64,000 nt of DNA, from contig OZ241322.1 in the NCBI GenBank assembly GCA_965199715.1, forward strand, positions 1,152,001 to 1,216,000, read 5' to 3'. A program made the position numbers and the translations under genes. Origin of the DNA: Vicinamibacteria bacterium. Its GTDB lineage: Bacteria; Acidobacteriota; Vicinamibacteria; Marinacidobacterales; Marinacidobacteraceae. The notes beneath the pieces were generated by a model. The model made no database searches and had not been told where the DNA came from. It saw nothing but the letters and a program-made list of their open reading frames with translations. This document shows positions 31,865-42,985 of the stretch, one piece after another (position 1 is the first letter of the stretch; each line of letters starts with the position of its first letter).

Positions 31865-34534
31865 ATGCGACCGAACCCGTTCAACTCGCTGCGCAGCTTG
31901 GGCCTTTCCGAGGGGACGGCCACTTTCAACTCACTGGAAGCCCTTGAAATACAGGGGGTTGGACATATAGGCCGACTGCCCGCTTCGCTAAGGGTGCTGC
32001 TTGAGGCGTTGCTTCGCGGGGTGGACGGACGCGCCGTCACGGAGGAGGACGTGGCCGCGCTGGCCGCCTGGAACGCCGACGAGCCGGCGGCGCGGGAAAT
32101 CCCCTATCGCCCGGCGCGCATCGTGCTCCAGGACTTCACCGGCGTTCCGGCGCTCGTGGACCTGGCCGCCATGCGTTCCGCCGTGGCGCGCCTCGGCGGC
32201 GACCCGTCCCGCATCAATCCCGGCACGCCGGTGGATCTGGTGATCGACCACTCGGTGCAGGTGGAGTCGTTCGGGACGCCGCTCGCGCTGCGGCGGAACG
32301 AGGCGATCGAGTTCGAGCGCAACCGCGAGCGCTACGAGTTCCTGCGCTGGGGCCAGGCCGCCTTCGACGGTTTCCGGGTGGTGCCGCCCTCGACCGGCAT
32401 CGTCCATCAGGTGAACCTCGAGCTGCTGGCGAAGGTCGTCCTGCGGCGCGACGGGATCCTGCTGCCGGACACGCTGGTCGGCACCGACTCGCACACCACG
32501 ATGATCAACGGGCTGGGCGTGCTCGGCTGGGGCGTCGGCGGGATCGAGGCCGAGGCGGCGATGCTGGGCCAGCCCTGCTACCTGATGACCCCCGAGGTCG
32601 TCGGGTTCCGCCTCGCCGGCGAGCTGCGGGAGGGAGTCACCGCGACGGACCTCGTCCTCACGATCACCGAAAAGCTGCGGCGCTTCGGCGTCGTCGGGAA
32701 GTTCGTCGAGTTCTTCGGGAGCGGCCTCGCCGGGATGCCGGTCGCCGACCGGGCGACCATCGCCAACATGGCCCCCGAATACGGCGCGACCATGGGCTTC
32801 TTCCCGGTGGACGGGGAGACGCTCGACTATCTGCGCCGCACCGGTCGGACGCCGCAGGAAGTGGAGCGGGTCGAGCGCTATTGCAAGGCGCAGGGGATCT
32901 TCCGCACGGACGACAGTCCCGACCCCGAGTTCACCGCCGTCGAGGAGCTGGATCTCGCGACGGTGGAGCCGAGCCTCGCCGGACCGAGGCGCCCCGAGGA
33001 TCGGGTGCGCCTGTCCGCGCTCCAGGACGAGTTCCGGACGGCGCTGCGCGCCCCCGCCGGCCCCGCCGGGTTCGGAGTCGAGGACGACCGGCTCGGTCGG
33101 ACCGCGAGCGTCGGCCGGGGCCACAACATCGGGCATGGGGCGGTGGTGATCGCCGCGATCACGTCCTGCACGAACACCTCCAACCCGGGAGTGATGTTCG
33201 CGGCCGGCATCCTCGCCAGAAACGCGCTGCGGCGCGGCCTCATGACCCCGCCGCACGTCAAGACCTCGCTGGCGCCCGGCTCGAGGGCGGTCACCCGGTA
33301 CCTGCGCGACGCGGGGCTGCTCGGATCGCTGCAGGATCTCGGATTCCACCTCGTGGGGTACGGGTGCACCACCTGTATCGGCAACAGCGGGCCGCTGCCG
33401 GAGACGGTGAGCCGGGCGATCGACGACGGCGACCTCGTGGCCGCCTCGGTCCTGTCGGGGAACCGCAACTTCGAGGGCCGGGTCCACAAGGAAGTGCTCG
33501 CGAACTACCTCGCGTCGCCGCCGCTCGTGGTCGCGTTCGCGCTCGCGGGCACCGTGGACGTGAACCTCGCCGAGGATCCGATCGGGCCGGGCGCGGACGG
33601 CAAGCCGGTGTACCTGCGGGACATCTGGCCCACGACCGCCGAGGTTCGCGAGGTCATGGAGCGAGCGCTCACCGCCGGGACCTTCCAGGACGCCTACGCG
33701 GACGTCTGGGACGGCAACGAGACGTGGAACGAGATTCCGGTGTCCGAGAGCGAGCTGTATCCGTGGGATCCGGAGTCCACCTACATCCGCGAGCCGCCGT
33801 TCTTCGAAGGAATGCAGGCGGCTCCCGATCCGCCGGCTGCGATCGGGGGGGCCCGCGTGCTCGTGATGTGCGGCGATTCGGTCACGACCGACCACATCTC
33901 CCCCGCGGGGAGCATCAAGTCGGACTCGCCCGCCGGCGAGTGGCTCTCCGAGCGCGACGTGCAGGACTTCAACTCCTACGGCTCGCGGCGGGGAAACGAC
34001 CGGGTCATGCTGCGCGGGACGTTCGCGAACATCCGCCTGCGCAACCAGCTCGTTCCCGGAGTGGAGGGGGGGTTCACGGTCCACCATCCGACGGGAACCC
34101 GGACCACGATCTTCGAGGCCGCCGAGCGGTATCGCAGCGAGGGCACGCCGCTCGTGATCCTCGCCGGCAAGCGCTACGGAAGCGGCTCCTCGCGCGACTG
34201 GGCGGCCAAGGGAACGCTGCTGCTCGGGGTGAAGGCGGTGCTCGCCGAGAGTTACGAGCGCATCCACCGCAGCAACCTCGTCGGGATGGGCGTGCTTCCC
34301 CTGGAGTACGTCGAGGGCGAGAACGCCGCCTCGCTGGGCCTCGACGGCGACGAGACGTTCCGCATCGAGGGGCTCGACAACGGCTTCACGCCCAAGTCCC
34401 GGGTGCGGGTGGTCGCCGGGGAGAAGCGCTTCGAGGCGGTGGCGCGGCTCGACTCGGGGATCGAGGTGGAGTACTACCGCAACGGCGGCATCCTGCCGAC
34501 CGTGCTGCGGGGCGTCCTGAAGAACTCGGACTGA
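31865..34534 (+). CDS. acnA: Aconitate hydratase A
   Basis: [48 protein letters not shown]. Confidence 0.98.
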   Translation: MRPNPFNSLRSLGLSEGTATFNSLEALEIQGVGHIGRLPASLRVLLEALLRGVDGRAVTEEDVAALAAWNADEPAAREIPYRPARIVLQDFTGVPALVDLAAMRSAVARLGGDPSRINPGTPVDLVIDHSVQVESFGTPLALRRNEAIEFERNRERYEFLRWGQAAFDGFRVVPPSTGIVHQVNLELLAKVVLRRDGILLPDTLVGTDSHTTMINGLGVLGWGVGGIEAEAAMLGQPCYLMTPEVVGFRLAGELREGVTATDLVLTITEKLRRFGVVGKFVEFFGSGLAGMPVADRATIANMAPEYGATMGFFPVDGETLDYLRRTGRTPQEVERVERYCKAQGIFRTDDSPDPEFTAVEELDLATVEPSLAGPRRPEDRVRLSALQDEFRTALRAPAGPAGFGVEDDRLGRTASVGRGHNIGHGAVVIAAITSCTNTSNPGVMFAAGILARNALRRGLMTPPHVKTSLAPGSRAVTRYLRDAGLLGSLQDLGFHLVGYGCTTCIGNSGPLPETVSRAIDDGDLVAASVLSGNRNFEGRVHKEVLANYLASPPLVVAFALAGTVDVNLAEDPIGPGADGKPVYLRDIWPTTAEVREVMERALTAGTFQDAYADVWDGNETWNEIPVSESELYPWDPESTYIREPPFFEGMQAAPDPPAAIGGARVLVMCGDSVTTDHISPAGSIKSDSPAGEWLSERDVQDFNSYGSRRGNDRVMLRGTFANIRLRNQLVPGVEGGFTVHHPTGTRTTIFEAAERYRSEGTPLVILAGKRYGSGSSRDWAAKGTLLLGVKAVLAESYERIHRSNLVGMGVLPLEYVEGENAASLGLDGDETFRIEGLDNGFTPKSRVRVVAGEKRFEAVARLDSGIEVEYYRNGGILPTVLRGVLKNSD

Positions 34535-34541
34535 CGGCCGG

Positions 34542-34595
34542 GCGGGCCGAGGTCGGCGTCTCGCCGGCTAGCGGGCCGACGTCGGCGTCTCGCCG
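34542..34595. repeat. 25-bp near-perfect tandem direct repeat
   Basis: gcgggccga(g/c)gtcggcgtctcgccg at 34542-34566 and 34571-34595. Confidence 0.85.
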
Positions 34596-35539
34596 TCGAG
34601 GATCCGGCGCAGCACGCCCATCTCGATGTTGCCGCCCGAAACGAGGCAGACGATCTTGCGGGGGCGGTCGCGAGGCCCGGGAACCCGGCCCGCCATGGCC
34701 GCCGCCGCGGGGCACGCGCCGGCGCCCTCGGGGACGATCCGCGCCCGGGCGACGAGCGTCCGGATGGCCTCGGCGATCTCGTCGGGGGTCACGAGCAGCG
34801 GCTCGGCGAGCGCCTCCCGGGCGAGGCCCCACATCGGCTCGAGGACGGTGTTTCCGCCGATGCCGTCCACGAAGCTCGGAGTCGTCTCGATCCAGGTCGG
34901 GCTCCCGTGCTCCATCGAGCGGGCGAGCTTGGGAGACGCGGTGCACTCGACGGGGTGCACCGGCGCGTCGGAACCCATGCCGCGCAGCGCGCCGGCGACG
35001 CCGATGCTGAGGCCGCCCCCGCCGAAGGGGACGAGCACCGCGTCCACGTCCGGGAGATCCTCGAGGATCTCGAGGCCCACGACGCCGTTGCCGGCCATCA
35101 CCGGCTCCTCCTCCACCGGATGGACGAACCGGGCGTCCCGGCCCTTCCACTCGTGGGACACGATGCACTCCCACCAGTCGGCGAACGGCGCCACGACGAT
35201 CTCGGCCCCCAGCGCGGCGATCGTCCGTCGCTTGTTCTCGGGAGAGGTCTCGGGAACGACGACGGTGCAGGGAACGCCCCGCTCGCGCGCCATGAACGCG
35301 ACCGCCTGCGCCCAGTTGCCGGCGCTGGCCGTGATCACGCCGCGGGCGATCTCCGCGTCCGAGAGCGAGCCGAACAGCGAGGCCGCGGCGCGCATCTTGA
35401 AGCACGCGAAGGGCTGCAGGTTCTCGAGCTTGAGGTGGATCTCGTCCGGGCCGTCATGGCGGAGCGGCACCAGCGGACTTCTCAGGACGAAGGGCGCGGC
35501 GCGCTCGCGGGCGGCATGGATCGAGTCCAGGGCGATCAT
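34568..35539 (-). CDS. PLP-dependent threonine/serine dehydratase-like enzyme
   Basis: KLENLQ...FKMR, ASAGN, PFGGGGL, SGGN. Confidence 0.9.
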   Translation of the reverse strand: MIALDSIHAARERAAPFVLRSPLVPLRHDGPDEIHLKLENLQPFACFKMRAAASLFGSLSDAEIARGVITASAGNWAQAVAFMARERGVPCTVVVPETSPENKRRTIAALGAEIVVAPFADWWECIVSHEWKGRDARFVHPVEEEPVMAGNGVVGLEILEDLPDVDAVLVPFGGGGLSIGVAGALRGMGSDAPVHPVECTASPKLARSMEHGSPTWIETTPSFVDGIGGNTVLEPMWGLAREALAEPLLVTPDEIAEAIRTLVARARIVPEGAGACPAAAAMAGRVPGPRDRPRKIVCLVSGGNIEMGVLRRILDGETPTSAR

Positions 35540-35576
35540 CGGCGGGAGAGTCTATGGGCGGGGCTACGATGGGGCG

Positions 35577-36353
35577 ATGCTGCTCGTCTTCGACGTCGGG
35601 AACACCAAGACCGAGATCGGACTCCACGACGGGCGGGCCTTCGTGCGCGACTGGCGCGTCTCCACCTCGGTCGAGCGGCTCCCGGACGAGACCGGCGTGC
35701 TGCTCGACGGCCTGCTCGCGCAAGCGGATCGAAGCCGCCGGGACGTCACCGCGCTCGCGCTCGCGAGCGTGGTTCCGGCGGCCACGAGCGCGCTGCGGAC
35801 GCTCGCGGAGCGGCGCTTCGGGCTCCCCCTGTTCGTGCTGAACCACCGCACCGCGCACGGCGTCAAGCTGATGGTCGAGAACCCGGAGGCGACCGGTCCC
35901 GACCGCATCGCCAACACGGCGGCGGTGCACCACCTCTACGGAGTGGACGCGATCGTGCTCGACGCGGGCACGGCGCTCACCTTCGACGTGATCACGGCGA
36001 GCGGCGAATACCACGGCGGCGCGATCAGCCCCGGCCTCGGAATCGCGGCGGAGGCGCTCGTGCGACGGACGGCCCGCCTGCCCGAAGTGGAGCTGCTGCC
36101 GCCGCGCAACGTCGTGGGGAGGCACACGGTCGCGGCGCTGCGATCCGGGCTGGTGCTCGGCTGGACCGGCCTCATCCGCGAGATGGTGCGGATGCTGAAG
36201 GAGGAGCTCGGCGGCGAGCAGAAGGTCATCGCGACCGGCGGACTGGCGCGCCGGGTCGCCGAGTGGAGCGGCGTGGTCGATGAGGTGAACGAGCGGCTGA
36301 CCCTGGAGGGAATCCGGATCCTGTTCGAGCGCGACCGTCAGGCGCCGGCGTAG
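35577..36353 (+). CDS. coaX: Type III pantothenate kinase
   Basis: DVGNT, GPDR, DAGTA.TFD, GGAISPG, ATGG. Confidence 0.95.
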   Translation: MLLVFDVGNTKTEIGLHDGRAFVRDWRVSTSVERLPDETGVLLDGLLAQADRSRRDVTALALASVVPAATSALRTLAERRFGLPLFVLNHRTAHGVKLMVENPEATGPDRIANTAAVHHLYGVDAIVLDAGTALTFDVITASGEYHGGAISPGLGIAAEALVRRTARLPEVELLPPRNVVGRHTVAALRSGLVLGWTGLIREMVRMLKEELGGEQKVIATGGLARRVAEWSGVVDEVNERLTLEGIRILFERDRQAPA

Positions 36354-37357
36354 GTCCGGATCGTCTCCTCGACGCGCTCGCACCAGCCGAGGAGCCTGTC
36401 GATCTCCTCGTCGGTGCATGCGCGGTCGATCAGGCACTTCCATTCGCGGCCCGCCGGCTGGAACAGCCCGGTCGCCTTCGCCTCCTCGCCGAGCCGCTCA
36501 AGGATCTCCGGCGGCGCGCCCGTCTTCATGGACAAGCTCCCGTGTCCGCAAAATCCCGAGTAGACGGACTGGGCCCAGCCGCCCGGCGGGTTGGCGTAGC
36601 ACACGACCACGCGCGACTTTCCGTCGCCGACTCCGACCGAAAGCCCCGGATTCCCCCAACTGAACGTCAGCGAACGGCGGCGCGCCCATTCGAGCAGCCG
36701 CGTGAACACGGCCCGGCCGTGCTCGTCGCACCTCACCATGAACTCGGCCTCGTTGGTCTTGCCGGTCGAGCGCGGCGCCGGCTTGTCGCCGACGACCTGG
36801 TGCGACGCCAGTCGGTCGTCCTCACCGGACTCGAAGAGCGCGAATTCGACGCAACTGACGCGCAGTCCCCTGCGGACGAGGAACTCGGCGCTGCGGAGGA
36901 TGCGCTCGGAGATCTTCTCCGCGACGATCACGAGCCGCTGGTCGCGGTTGAACGAGACGGTTTCCTCGAGGCCGAACCGCTTCCGGTGCGCTTCCGCCAG
37001 ATCGCTCCCCAGAATCCGTCCGAGAGCGTCCTCATCGAGGCCCGAGGCCCAGGCGGCGTACTCGAGCGCCTGCGCCACGACCTCCCTCGGCGTGCGGCCC
37101 TTCTTCAGCTCCACGACGACCACGTTCCCCTGCCGGTCCACGCCGAGCAGGTCGATCCATCCGTCGAGATCGGTACGGACCTCCCGCCCGACGATCAGGA
37201 TGGATTCGTCCTCGAGGAGCTGATGCTCCTCCAGCCGGTCGTGCAGGATCTTCTCTTCACGAAACGGAGTCGGTCCGTATGCGGTGAACTCGTAGTTCGG
37301 CCGCTCGCGGCCCACCGCGGGCGAGTCCTCGTCTCTTCGGACGCGGATGATCCGCAC
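36338..37357 (-). CDS. NucS-C / PD-(D/E)xK endonuclease-domain protein
   Basis: IDLLGVD..G..VVVELK...R...AQ.LEY motif; extra C-terminal domain. Confidence 0.8.
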   Translation of the reverse strand: MRIIRVRRDEDSPAVGRERPNYEFTAYGPTPFREEKILHDRLEEHQLLEDESILIVGREVRTDLDGWIDLLGVDRQGNVVVVELKKGRTPREVVAQALEYAAWASGLDEDALGRILGSDLAEAHRKRFGLEETVSFNRDQRLVIVAEKISERILRSAEFLVRRGLRVSCVEFALFESGEDDRLASHQVVGDKPAPRSTGKTNEAEFMVRCDEHGRAVFTRLLEWARRRSLTFSWGNPGLSVGVGDGKSRVVVCYANPPGGWAQSVYSGFCGHGSLSMKTGAPPEILERLGEEAKATGLFQPAGREWKCLIDRACTDEEIDRLLGWCERVEETIRTYAGA

Positions 37358-38190
37358 TACCGGATGAGCTCGACTTCGGGCGCCTCCTCGACGGCTCCGA
37401 CCCGCTCCGCCATCCGGAAGAGCGCCCGCAGCGCCGCCTCGCCGGAGTCGCCCATGTCCCTGGTCAGCGTCGAGACGTACATCTTCACGAACTTGCGTCC
37501 GAGCTCGCGTTCGAGCCCGCGCCCGAACTGGAGCGCGTAGTCGAGCGCCTCCTCCTCGTTGGCGTAGGCCCAGTCGATGCTGGCTCGCATCGCCCGATTC
37601 ACCTCGACCGCGAGACTCCGCCCGAGGTCGCGCCGGACCACATCGAGACCGAGGGGGAGCGGCAGGTCGTTCTCGGCCTCGAAGCGCGCCCCGAAGTCGT
37701 CGATCAGGTGGAACCCCTCCGCCTTCCAGGTGAGCTGGCCCTCGTGGATCACGACCCCCGCGTCGGCTTCGCCTGCGGCGACGGTCTCGAACACCTTCTC
37801 GAAGGACACGTACACGGGGGTGAAGTCGCCGATGTAGCAGCGGGCGAGGAGCGCCGCCGTGGTCCACGGTCCGGGGATCGCGACCCGCTCGCCCTCGAGA
37901 TCCTCCAGCGTTCCGGGCGAGCGGCTGACCACGACCGGGCCGTAGCCCTCGCCGATGCTGGCTCCCGTCGCCATGATCCAGTACTTGTCGGCCACCTTGA
38001 GGTAGGCGTGCGCCGAGATCGCGGTGATCGGCAGGTCGCCCGCCATCGCCCGGCGGTTGAGGCTCTCGATGTCCTCGAGCACGTGCTCGACCCGGTAGTC
38101 GCGGATGCGCACCGCCCCGTTGGACAGGGCGCAGAACATGAAGGCGTCGTCGGGGTCGGGGCTGTGGCCGACGCGAAGCAGTTCGCTCAT
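37357..38190 (-). CDS. mqnD: 1,4-dihydroxy-6-naphthoate synthase (MqnD / MqnA-SBP family)
   Basis: GHSPDPDDAFMF, GYGP, IHEGQL, PLPLG. Confidence 0.85.
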   Translation of the reverse strand: MSELLRVGHSPDPDDAFMFCALSNGAVRIRDYRVEHVLEDIESLNRRAMAGDLPITAISAHAYLKVADKYWIMATGASIGEGYGPVVVSRSPGTLEDLEGERVAIPGPWTTAALLARCYIGDFTPVYVSFEKVFETVAAGEADAGVVIHEGQLTWKAEGFHLIDDFGARFEAENDLPLPLGLDVVRRDLGRSLAVEVNRAMRASIDWAYANEEEALDYALQFGRGLERELGRKFVKMYVSTLTRDMGDSGEAALRALFRMAERVGAVEEAPEVELIR

Positions 38191-38789
38191 TTTCGGGATT
38201 CCCTTGGCAAGAGTCGGAGGCAGCGCTCGACGTGGGCGTCCGTCCAGTCCATCGGGAGGACCAGGTCGGCGAGGGCCGCGGCGCCGGAAAGGTAGCGGCG
38301 CTGCGCCGGCAGCGCTCCTTGGAGGAACATCCGGCGCACTTCCGCCGGAGAGTATCCGCGTTCGGCGACGTCGCGGGCCAGCCGGCGGGCCAGCAGCCGC
38401 TCCGGTTCGCCGTCGAGGAACGCCGTCACGTCGGCGAGTTCCCGGGCCGCGGGATCGACGAACGTGAAGACGCCCTCGGCGACCACGCTGCGCGCCGGCC
38501 CCCGGACTCCGTCCACAAGGTTCCACCCGCTCGCCACGTCGTAGCGCCGGCGGGGGACGGTTCCGCCGCGCCGCAGAGTCTTGAGGTCGCGGGCGAAGCC
38601 GGCGAGATCGAGCGCCTCGGGGCGGTCGAAGTCCTGCCGGACCCGCTCGTTTCGGGGAAGGCGCGACACGTCCCGGTAGTAGTCGTCGAGCGAAAGGACC
38701 ACGCATCCCGAGAGGCGCCGGACGCACGCCCGGGCGAAGCGGGTCTTGCCGGTGGCGGTCCATCCCGCCACCAGCAGGACGGACGCGAT
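38187..38789 (-). CDS. udk: Uridine kinase-like P-loop kinase (no canonical start; ATC at 38789 proposed)
   Basis: AG....GKT, LSLDDYY, FD.P.A.D, RR..RD..ERG. Confidence 0.75.
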   Translation of the reverse strand: MASVLLVAGWTATGKTRFARACVRRLSGCVVLSLDDYYRDVSRLPRNERVRQDFDRPEALDLAGFARDLKTLRRGGTVPRRRYDVASGWNLVDGVRGPARSVVAEGVFTFVDPAARELADVTAFLDGEPERLLARRLARDVAERGYSPAEVRRMFLQGALPAQRRYLSGAAALADLVLPMDWTDAHVERCLRLLPRESRK

Positions 38790-38790
38790 C

Positions 38791-40206
38791 TCAGTCCTCC
38801 GACAACGCGCGACGGAGCGCTTCCCGCATGGCGCGGGCGTCGGCGCGTCCGCCCAGCTCGCGCATGGCGCGACCGATGAAGAACCCGATGGCCTTGGTCC
38901 GGCCCGCCCGGAAGGCGCTGGCGTCGTCCGGATGCTCCGCGACGAGCCGCCGCGCCAGCGCGAGGAGCTCCGACGCGCCGAGTGCGGCGCCGAGGCGGCC
39001 GACGGCTTCGCCTGCGGAGAGCCCCGAGGCGTCCATGAGCGCGAAGGCGTCCTTCGCGAGGTTGCGCGCCAGCTTCCCGGAGGCGACCCGGGCGAGAAGC
39101 TCCCCGAGCTGGTCGGGCGGAACCCGGAAGGCGCCCGACTCGCGCTGCGCCGCCGGCGTCTCCTGGAGGATCCAGCTCGCCGCCAGCGGGCCCGGCGCGG
39201 CGGCGGCGACGGCTTCGAAGTAGTCGGCGAGCCCGCGCGCGGCCACGAGCAGCTTCGCGTGTTCGGGACGCACCCCGAAGGCCGTCTCGAGGCGGGCGGC
39301 GCGCTCCCTCGGGAACTCCGGCAGGACGGCGCGCTCGCGCTCGACCAGCCCGGCCTCGAGGCGCAGCGGGGGAAGGTCCGGATCGGGGAAGTACCGGTAG
39401 TCCGCGGCCGCCTCCTTGCCCCGCATCGCCTCGGTGACGCCGCGATCCTCACGGAACTGCCGGGTCTCGATCCGGATCGCGTCGCCCGCGGCGAGCACCT
39501 GCCGCTGGCGGAGCTCCTCGAACTCGAGCGCCCGGCGGAGGAAGCGGAACGAGTTCACGTTCTTCACTTCCACCTTCGCCCCGAGCGAGTCCGCTCCCCG
39601 CCGCCGCACCGAGATGTTGCCGTCCATGCGCAGGTTCCCGCGCTCCATGTCGGCGTCCGAGACCGCGCAGTAACGGAGACGACTCCGGAGCACCCGCGCG
39701 AATTCCTCGGTCTCCCGGGGCGAGCGCAGGTCGGGCTCGGTCACGATCTCGATCAGCGGAACCCCGGCGCGGTTGAAGTCCACGCCGCTGCGGTCCGCCG
39801 GTCCGCCGAACCCGGCGTGGAGGAGCTTCCCGGCGTCCTCCTCGATCTGGACCCGGTGGATGCGGATGCGCCGCCCGCCGATCTCGATCCCGCCGCGCCC
39901 CGCCAGCGGCCTCGCGTACTGGGTGATCTGGTAGCCCTTCGGCAGGTCGGGGTAGAAGTAGTTCTTGCGCTCGAAGACGGAGACCTCGGACACCTCGCAG
40001 TCGAGCGCGAGCGCGGCGCGCACCGCAAGCTCCACCGCGCGCCGGTTCGGGACCGGAAGCGCGCCGGGGAGGGCGTAGCAGACCGGGCACACGTCGGTGT
40101 TGGGCGGGGCGCCGGACCGGTTCCGGCAGCCGCAGAACAGCTTGGTGCGGGTGTCGAGCTGGACGTGGACCTCGAGCCCGATGACGGTCTCGAAGCGGTC
40201 CGTCAT
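38791..40206 (-). CDS. gatB: Asp/Glu-tRNA amidotransferase subunit B
   Basis: IGLEVHVQL, RKNYFYPDLPKGYQITQ, EEDAGK, DYRYFPDPDL. Confidence 0.97.
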   Translation of the reverse strand: MTDRFETVIGLEVHVQLDTRTKLFCGCRNRSGAPPNTDVCPVCYALPGALPVPNRRAVELAVRAALALDCEVSEVSVFERKNYFYPDLPKGYQITQYARPLAGRGGIEIGGRRIRIHRVQIEEDAGKLLHAGFGGPADRSGVDFNRAGVPLIEIVTEPDLRSPRETEEFARVLRSRLRYCAVSDADMERGNLRMDGNISVRRRGADSLGAKVEVKNVNSFRFLRRALEFEELRQRQVLAAGDAIRIETRQFREDRGVTEAMRGKEAAADYRYFPDPDLPPLRLEAGLVERERAVLPEFPRERAARLETAFGVRPEHAKLLVAARGLADYFEAVAAAAPGPLAASWILQETPAAQRESGAFRVPPDQLGELLARVASGKLARNLAKDAFALMDASGLSAGEAVGRLGAALGASELLALARRLVAEHPDDASAFRAGRTKAIGFFIGRAMRELGGRADARAMREALRRALSED

Positions 40207-40216
40207 CGCGCGCCGC

Positions 40217-41995
40217 TCAAGCGGCGTACACGCCCTCGACGACCTCGGCATAGCGCCCCAGCACCTCGCGGCGCCGGACCTTGAGCGTGGGGGTCAGCTC
40301 CCCGCCGTCGATCGAGAAGACCGCCGGGATCACCGCGATCTTCCGCACCCGCTCGTAACGGGAGAGGTCGCCGCTGAGCCGGTCGATCTCGTCCTGGAGG
40401 AGCTTCGCGACCTCGGGGCTCTTCGCCATCGCGTCCAGATCGGCCGCCTGGACCCCGTTCTCGTCGCACCAGCGCTTCACCTCTTCGAACTCGGGGGTCA
40501 CGAGCGCCGCGACGAAGGGCTTGCCATCGCCGACGAGGACGATCTCGGCGATGTACTTGCTGGCCTTCAGCGTCCCCTCGATCGGCTGCGGGGCCACGTT
40601 CTTGCCGCCGGCGGTCACGAGAAGGTCCTTCTTGCGGTCGGTGATGCGCAAGAAGCCGTCCTCCAGCTCTCCCACGTCGCCGGTGTGGAACCAGCCGTCC
40701 CCGATGGCCTCGGCGGTCGCCTCCTCGTTGCCCCAGTAGCCCTTCATTACGTTGTGGCCCCGGCAGAGGATCTCGCCGTCGTCGGCGATCCGGACGTCCA
40801 CGCCCTCGATCACCTTGCCCACGGTCCCGAAGCGGAAGTCGTCCGGCCGGTTCACGCTGATGACCGGCGAGGTCTCGGTGAGCCCATAGCCCTCGAGCAC
40901 GACCCACCCGGCGGCGAGGAAGAACTCGGCCACGTCCCGGGGGAGCGCCGCGCCGCCGGAGACGAACAGCCGCATCTTGCCGCCGAGGCGGGCGTGGAGC
41001 TTGCTGAAAACGAGCTTCGTGGCGACGCCGTACCTCAGCCTGAGGCCCAGTCCCGGCTCGACGCCGTCCTGCACCAGCCGTCCCCGTTCGTATCCGACCC
41101 GGAACGCCCAGTCGAAGATCTTCCGCTTGACCGAGCTGCCCGCCGCGGCGCTCTCCTGGACCCGGTCCCGCATCTTCTCGTAGAAGCGCGGCACGCAGGG
41201 GAGGATCGTCGGATGCGTCTCGCCGATGTTCGCGACGAGGCTATCCATGTTCTCGGCGATCGCGATGGTCACGCCGACCTGCGGCAGCAGGTAGTGGTCC
41301 ACCATGCGGGCGAACACGTGGCTGTAGGGCAGCACCGACATCGAGACGTCGTCGCTGCGGAGCTGGATGGCCCGCTGGGCGAAGATCGCGTTCTGCGTGA
41401 GGTTCGCCTGGGTCAGCATCACGCCCTTGGGGTCTCCGGTGGTGCCCGACGTGTAGATCAGCGTGGCCACGTCGTCCGGCTGGACCGCGTCGGCGAGCCC
41501 CTGGGCCGCGCCGGCGTCGGCTTCGAGCCGCTTTCGGCCGGCGGCGACGACGTCGTCCCACGGGCGAAACCCCGAGATCGGGGCGTCCAGCGCGAAGAAG
41601 TCCTTCGCGTCGGGGATCTCGTCGCGGACCGAGGCGATCTTCGCCTGCTGGTCGGCGGTCGAGGCGATCACCGCGCGGGCGCCGGAGTTGCGGATGATGT
41701 ACCCCGCCTGCACGGCGGTGAGGGTCGGATAGATGGGCACCGTGACCGCGCCGAGGATCTGCATCCCGGCCTCGATCACGAACCACTCGACGCGGTTCTC
41801 GGCGAGGAGCGCCACCCGGTCGCCCTTCGCGACCCCCTGCGCCTCGAGCCCGAGCGCGACGGCGCGGGCGCCTTCGAGCCACTCGGCGGTCGAAACGGCC
41901 TTCCACTCCCCGTCCTGCTTGTGGAGCAGCGCCCGTTCGCGCGGATTGGCCTCGAACGAAGTCGCCAGCAACTGGTTCAGGGTCGTGGGTTCCAT
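40217..41995 (-). CDS. Long-chain fatty acid--CoA ligase
   Basis: YTSGTTGDPKG, GYGLTE, GWFHTGD, TPTLKVRR. Confidence 0.93.
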   Translation of the reverse strand: MEPTTLNQLLATSFEANPRERALLHKQDGEWKAVSTAEWLEGARAVALGLEAQGVAKGDRVALLAENRVEWFVIEAGMQILGAVTVPIYPTLTAVQAGYIIRNSGARAVIASTADQQAKIASVRDEIPDAKDFFALDAPISGFRPWDDVVAAGRKRLEADAGAAQGLADAVQPDDVATLIYTSGTTGDPKGVMLTQANLTQNAIFAQRAIQLRSDDVSMSVLPYSHVFARMVDHYLLPQVGVTIAIAENMDSLVANIGETHPTILPCVPRFYEKMRDRVQESAAAGSSVKRKIFDWAFRVGYERGRLVQDGVEPGLGLRLRYGVATKLVFSKLHARLGGKMRLFVSGGAALPRDVAEFFLAAGWVVLEGYGLTETSPVISVNRPDDFRFGTVGKVIEGVDVRIADDGEILCRGHNVMKGYWGNEEATAEAIGDGWFHTGDVGELEDGFLRITDRKKDLLVTAGGKNVAPQPIEGTLKASKYIAEIVLVGDGKPFVAALVTPEFEEVKRWCDENGVQAADLDAMAKSPEVAKLLQDEIDRLSGDLSRYERVRKIAVIPAVFSIDGGELTPTLKVRRREVLGRYAEVVEGVYAA

Positions 41996-42048
41996 GGGCT
42001 CCTCCGGCGACGATTCTACACGGCCCATTTGGTAGAGTGGCGGGCTTG

Positions 42049-42963
<915 letters not shown>

Positions 42964-42985
42964 CCGCTCCAATCGCGTCCGCCCC

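Noticed and set aside
38791-40206. gatB without adjacent gatA/gatC
   Set aside because: Split gatCAB loci are common
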